From positions 38,593-102,592 of the forward strand of contig JBNGDK010000001.1 of the NCBI GenBank assembly GCA_049975405.1: a DNA stretch of 64,000 bases. Direction: 5' to 3'. Positions 63,626 to 64,000 of this stretch are shown in pieces. The position numbers and the translations under genes are program-made. Every line of letters begins with the position of its first letter. Within the stretch, counting starts at the first letter, position 1. The notes under the pieces are model-generated. The model did no database searches, was not told the origin of the DNA, and saw only the letters and a list, made by a program, of their open reading frames with translations. This DNA is from Candidatus Methanospirareceae archaeon. Lineage in GTDB: Archaea; Halobacteriota; Syntropharchaeia; Alkanophagales; Methanospirareceae.

Positions 63626-64000
63626 ATGCGGGGCTTGAACGCTTCTGGAGGTTGTGTTGTGGGGGTACTCGTTGGTATGGTGCTCCTTCTTGTACTGGGT
63701 GGTGTTTGCGATCTTGTGAGCGCGCAGAATGCGGAAGAGGGCGAATTTATGGCCTGGTATAACGCCAGCATGACAACAATAGAGTACGACGCGCTGCAGA
63801 TCGCGACTGCCATCGGGAACTACGATTGCACGGGCTGTGAGGTGTGGGCGAGCAGTAGCTATGATGATGCCACGAGAATGCTGAGTGAGCTCGAGACGTA
63901 TGAGGTTTCAGCGGACTTACAGCCGGTGAAGCGCCATGTGCAGCAGGCGTTGGAGGATTTCCGGGAGGCCTGTTATCATGCCGAACTGGGGGCGATGATG
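63626..64000 (+). CDS. Secreted protein, N-terminal fragment (continues past window end)
   Basis: ATG at 63626. Signal-peptide-like GVLVGMVLLLVLGG. No stop before 64000. Confidence 0.35.
   Translation, partial: MRGLNASGGCVVGVLVGMVLLLVLGGVCDLVSAQNAEEGEFMAWYNASMTTIEYDALQIATAIGNYDCTGCEVWASSSYDDATRMLSELETYEVSADLQPVKRHVQQALEDFREACYHAELGAMM

Overview
This is a GC-rich archaeal chromosomal window, read as euryarchaeal. The anchors are a 16S-tRNAAla-23S rRNA operon with a trailing tRNA-Cys, an rpoD-S11-S4-S13 block, Cbf5, PAN, MCM, A-type ATPase subunits, Ftr and F420 genes (CofC, CofH-like), and three PGF-CTERM sorting signals. Most of the window is housekeeping: arginine biosynthesis (argJ, argB), the malate/fumarate node, class III RNR, Tmk, GGR, Kae1, Tsr3, MBF1 and ribosomal proteins. 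Several accessory or unusual modules stand out. (1) At 33.3-39.7 kb there is a surface/uptake cluster: a PGF-CTERM-anchored transcobalamin-like (DUF4430-like) protein, a secreted PQQ beta-propeller, a PGF-CTERM-anchored BtuF/FhuD-type substrate-binding protein and a BtuC/FecCD permease with no local ATPase. I read this as a candidate archaeal corrinoid/metal-chelate capture system. (2) At 14.3-16.9 kb there is a sulfur-trafficking cluster: a split YeeE/YedE transporter plus a CstB-like MBL-rhodanese-rhodanese fusion. (3) At 28.7-29.8 kb there is a low-GC toxin-antitoxin island: an MNT pseudogene and a truncated HEPN gene, apparently disrupted by an inserted vapBC pair. (4) An orphan A-ATPase H-E-F gene trio. 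(5) A bacterial-type RNase III. (6) An intron-containing tRNA-Ser overlapped by the 3' end of cbf5. (7) A polyferredoxin with MvhD-like domains next to a TorD-like chaperone but no molybdoenzyme. No CRISPR array, transposase or integrase was recognised. All gene boundaries are inferred by eye from the ORF track and motif recognition, with no searches run.
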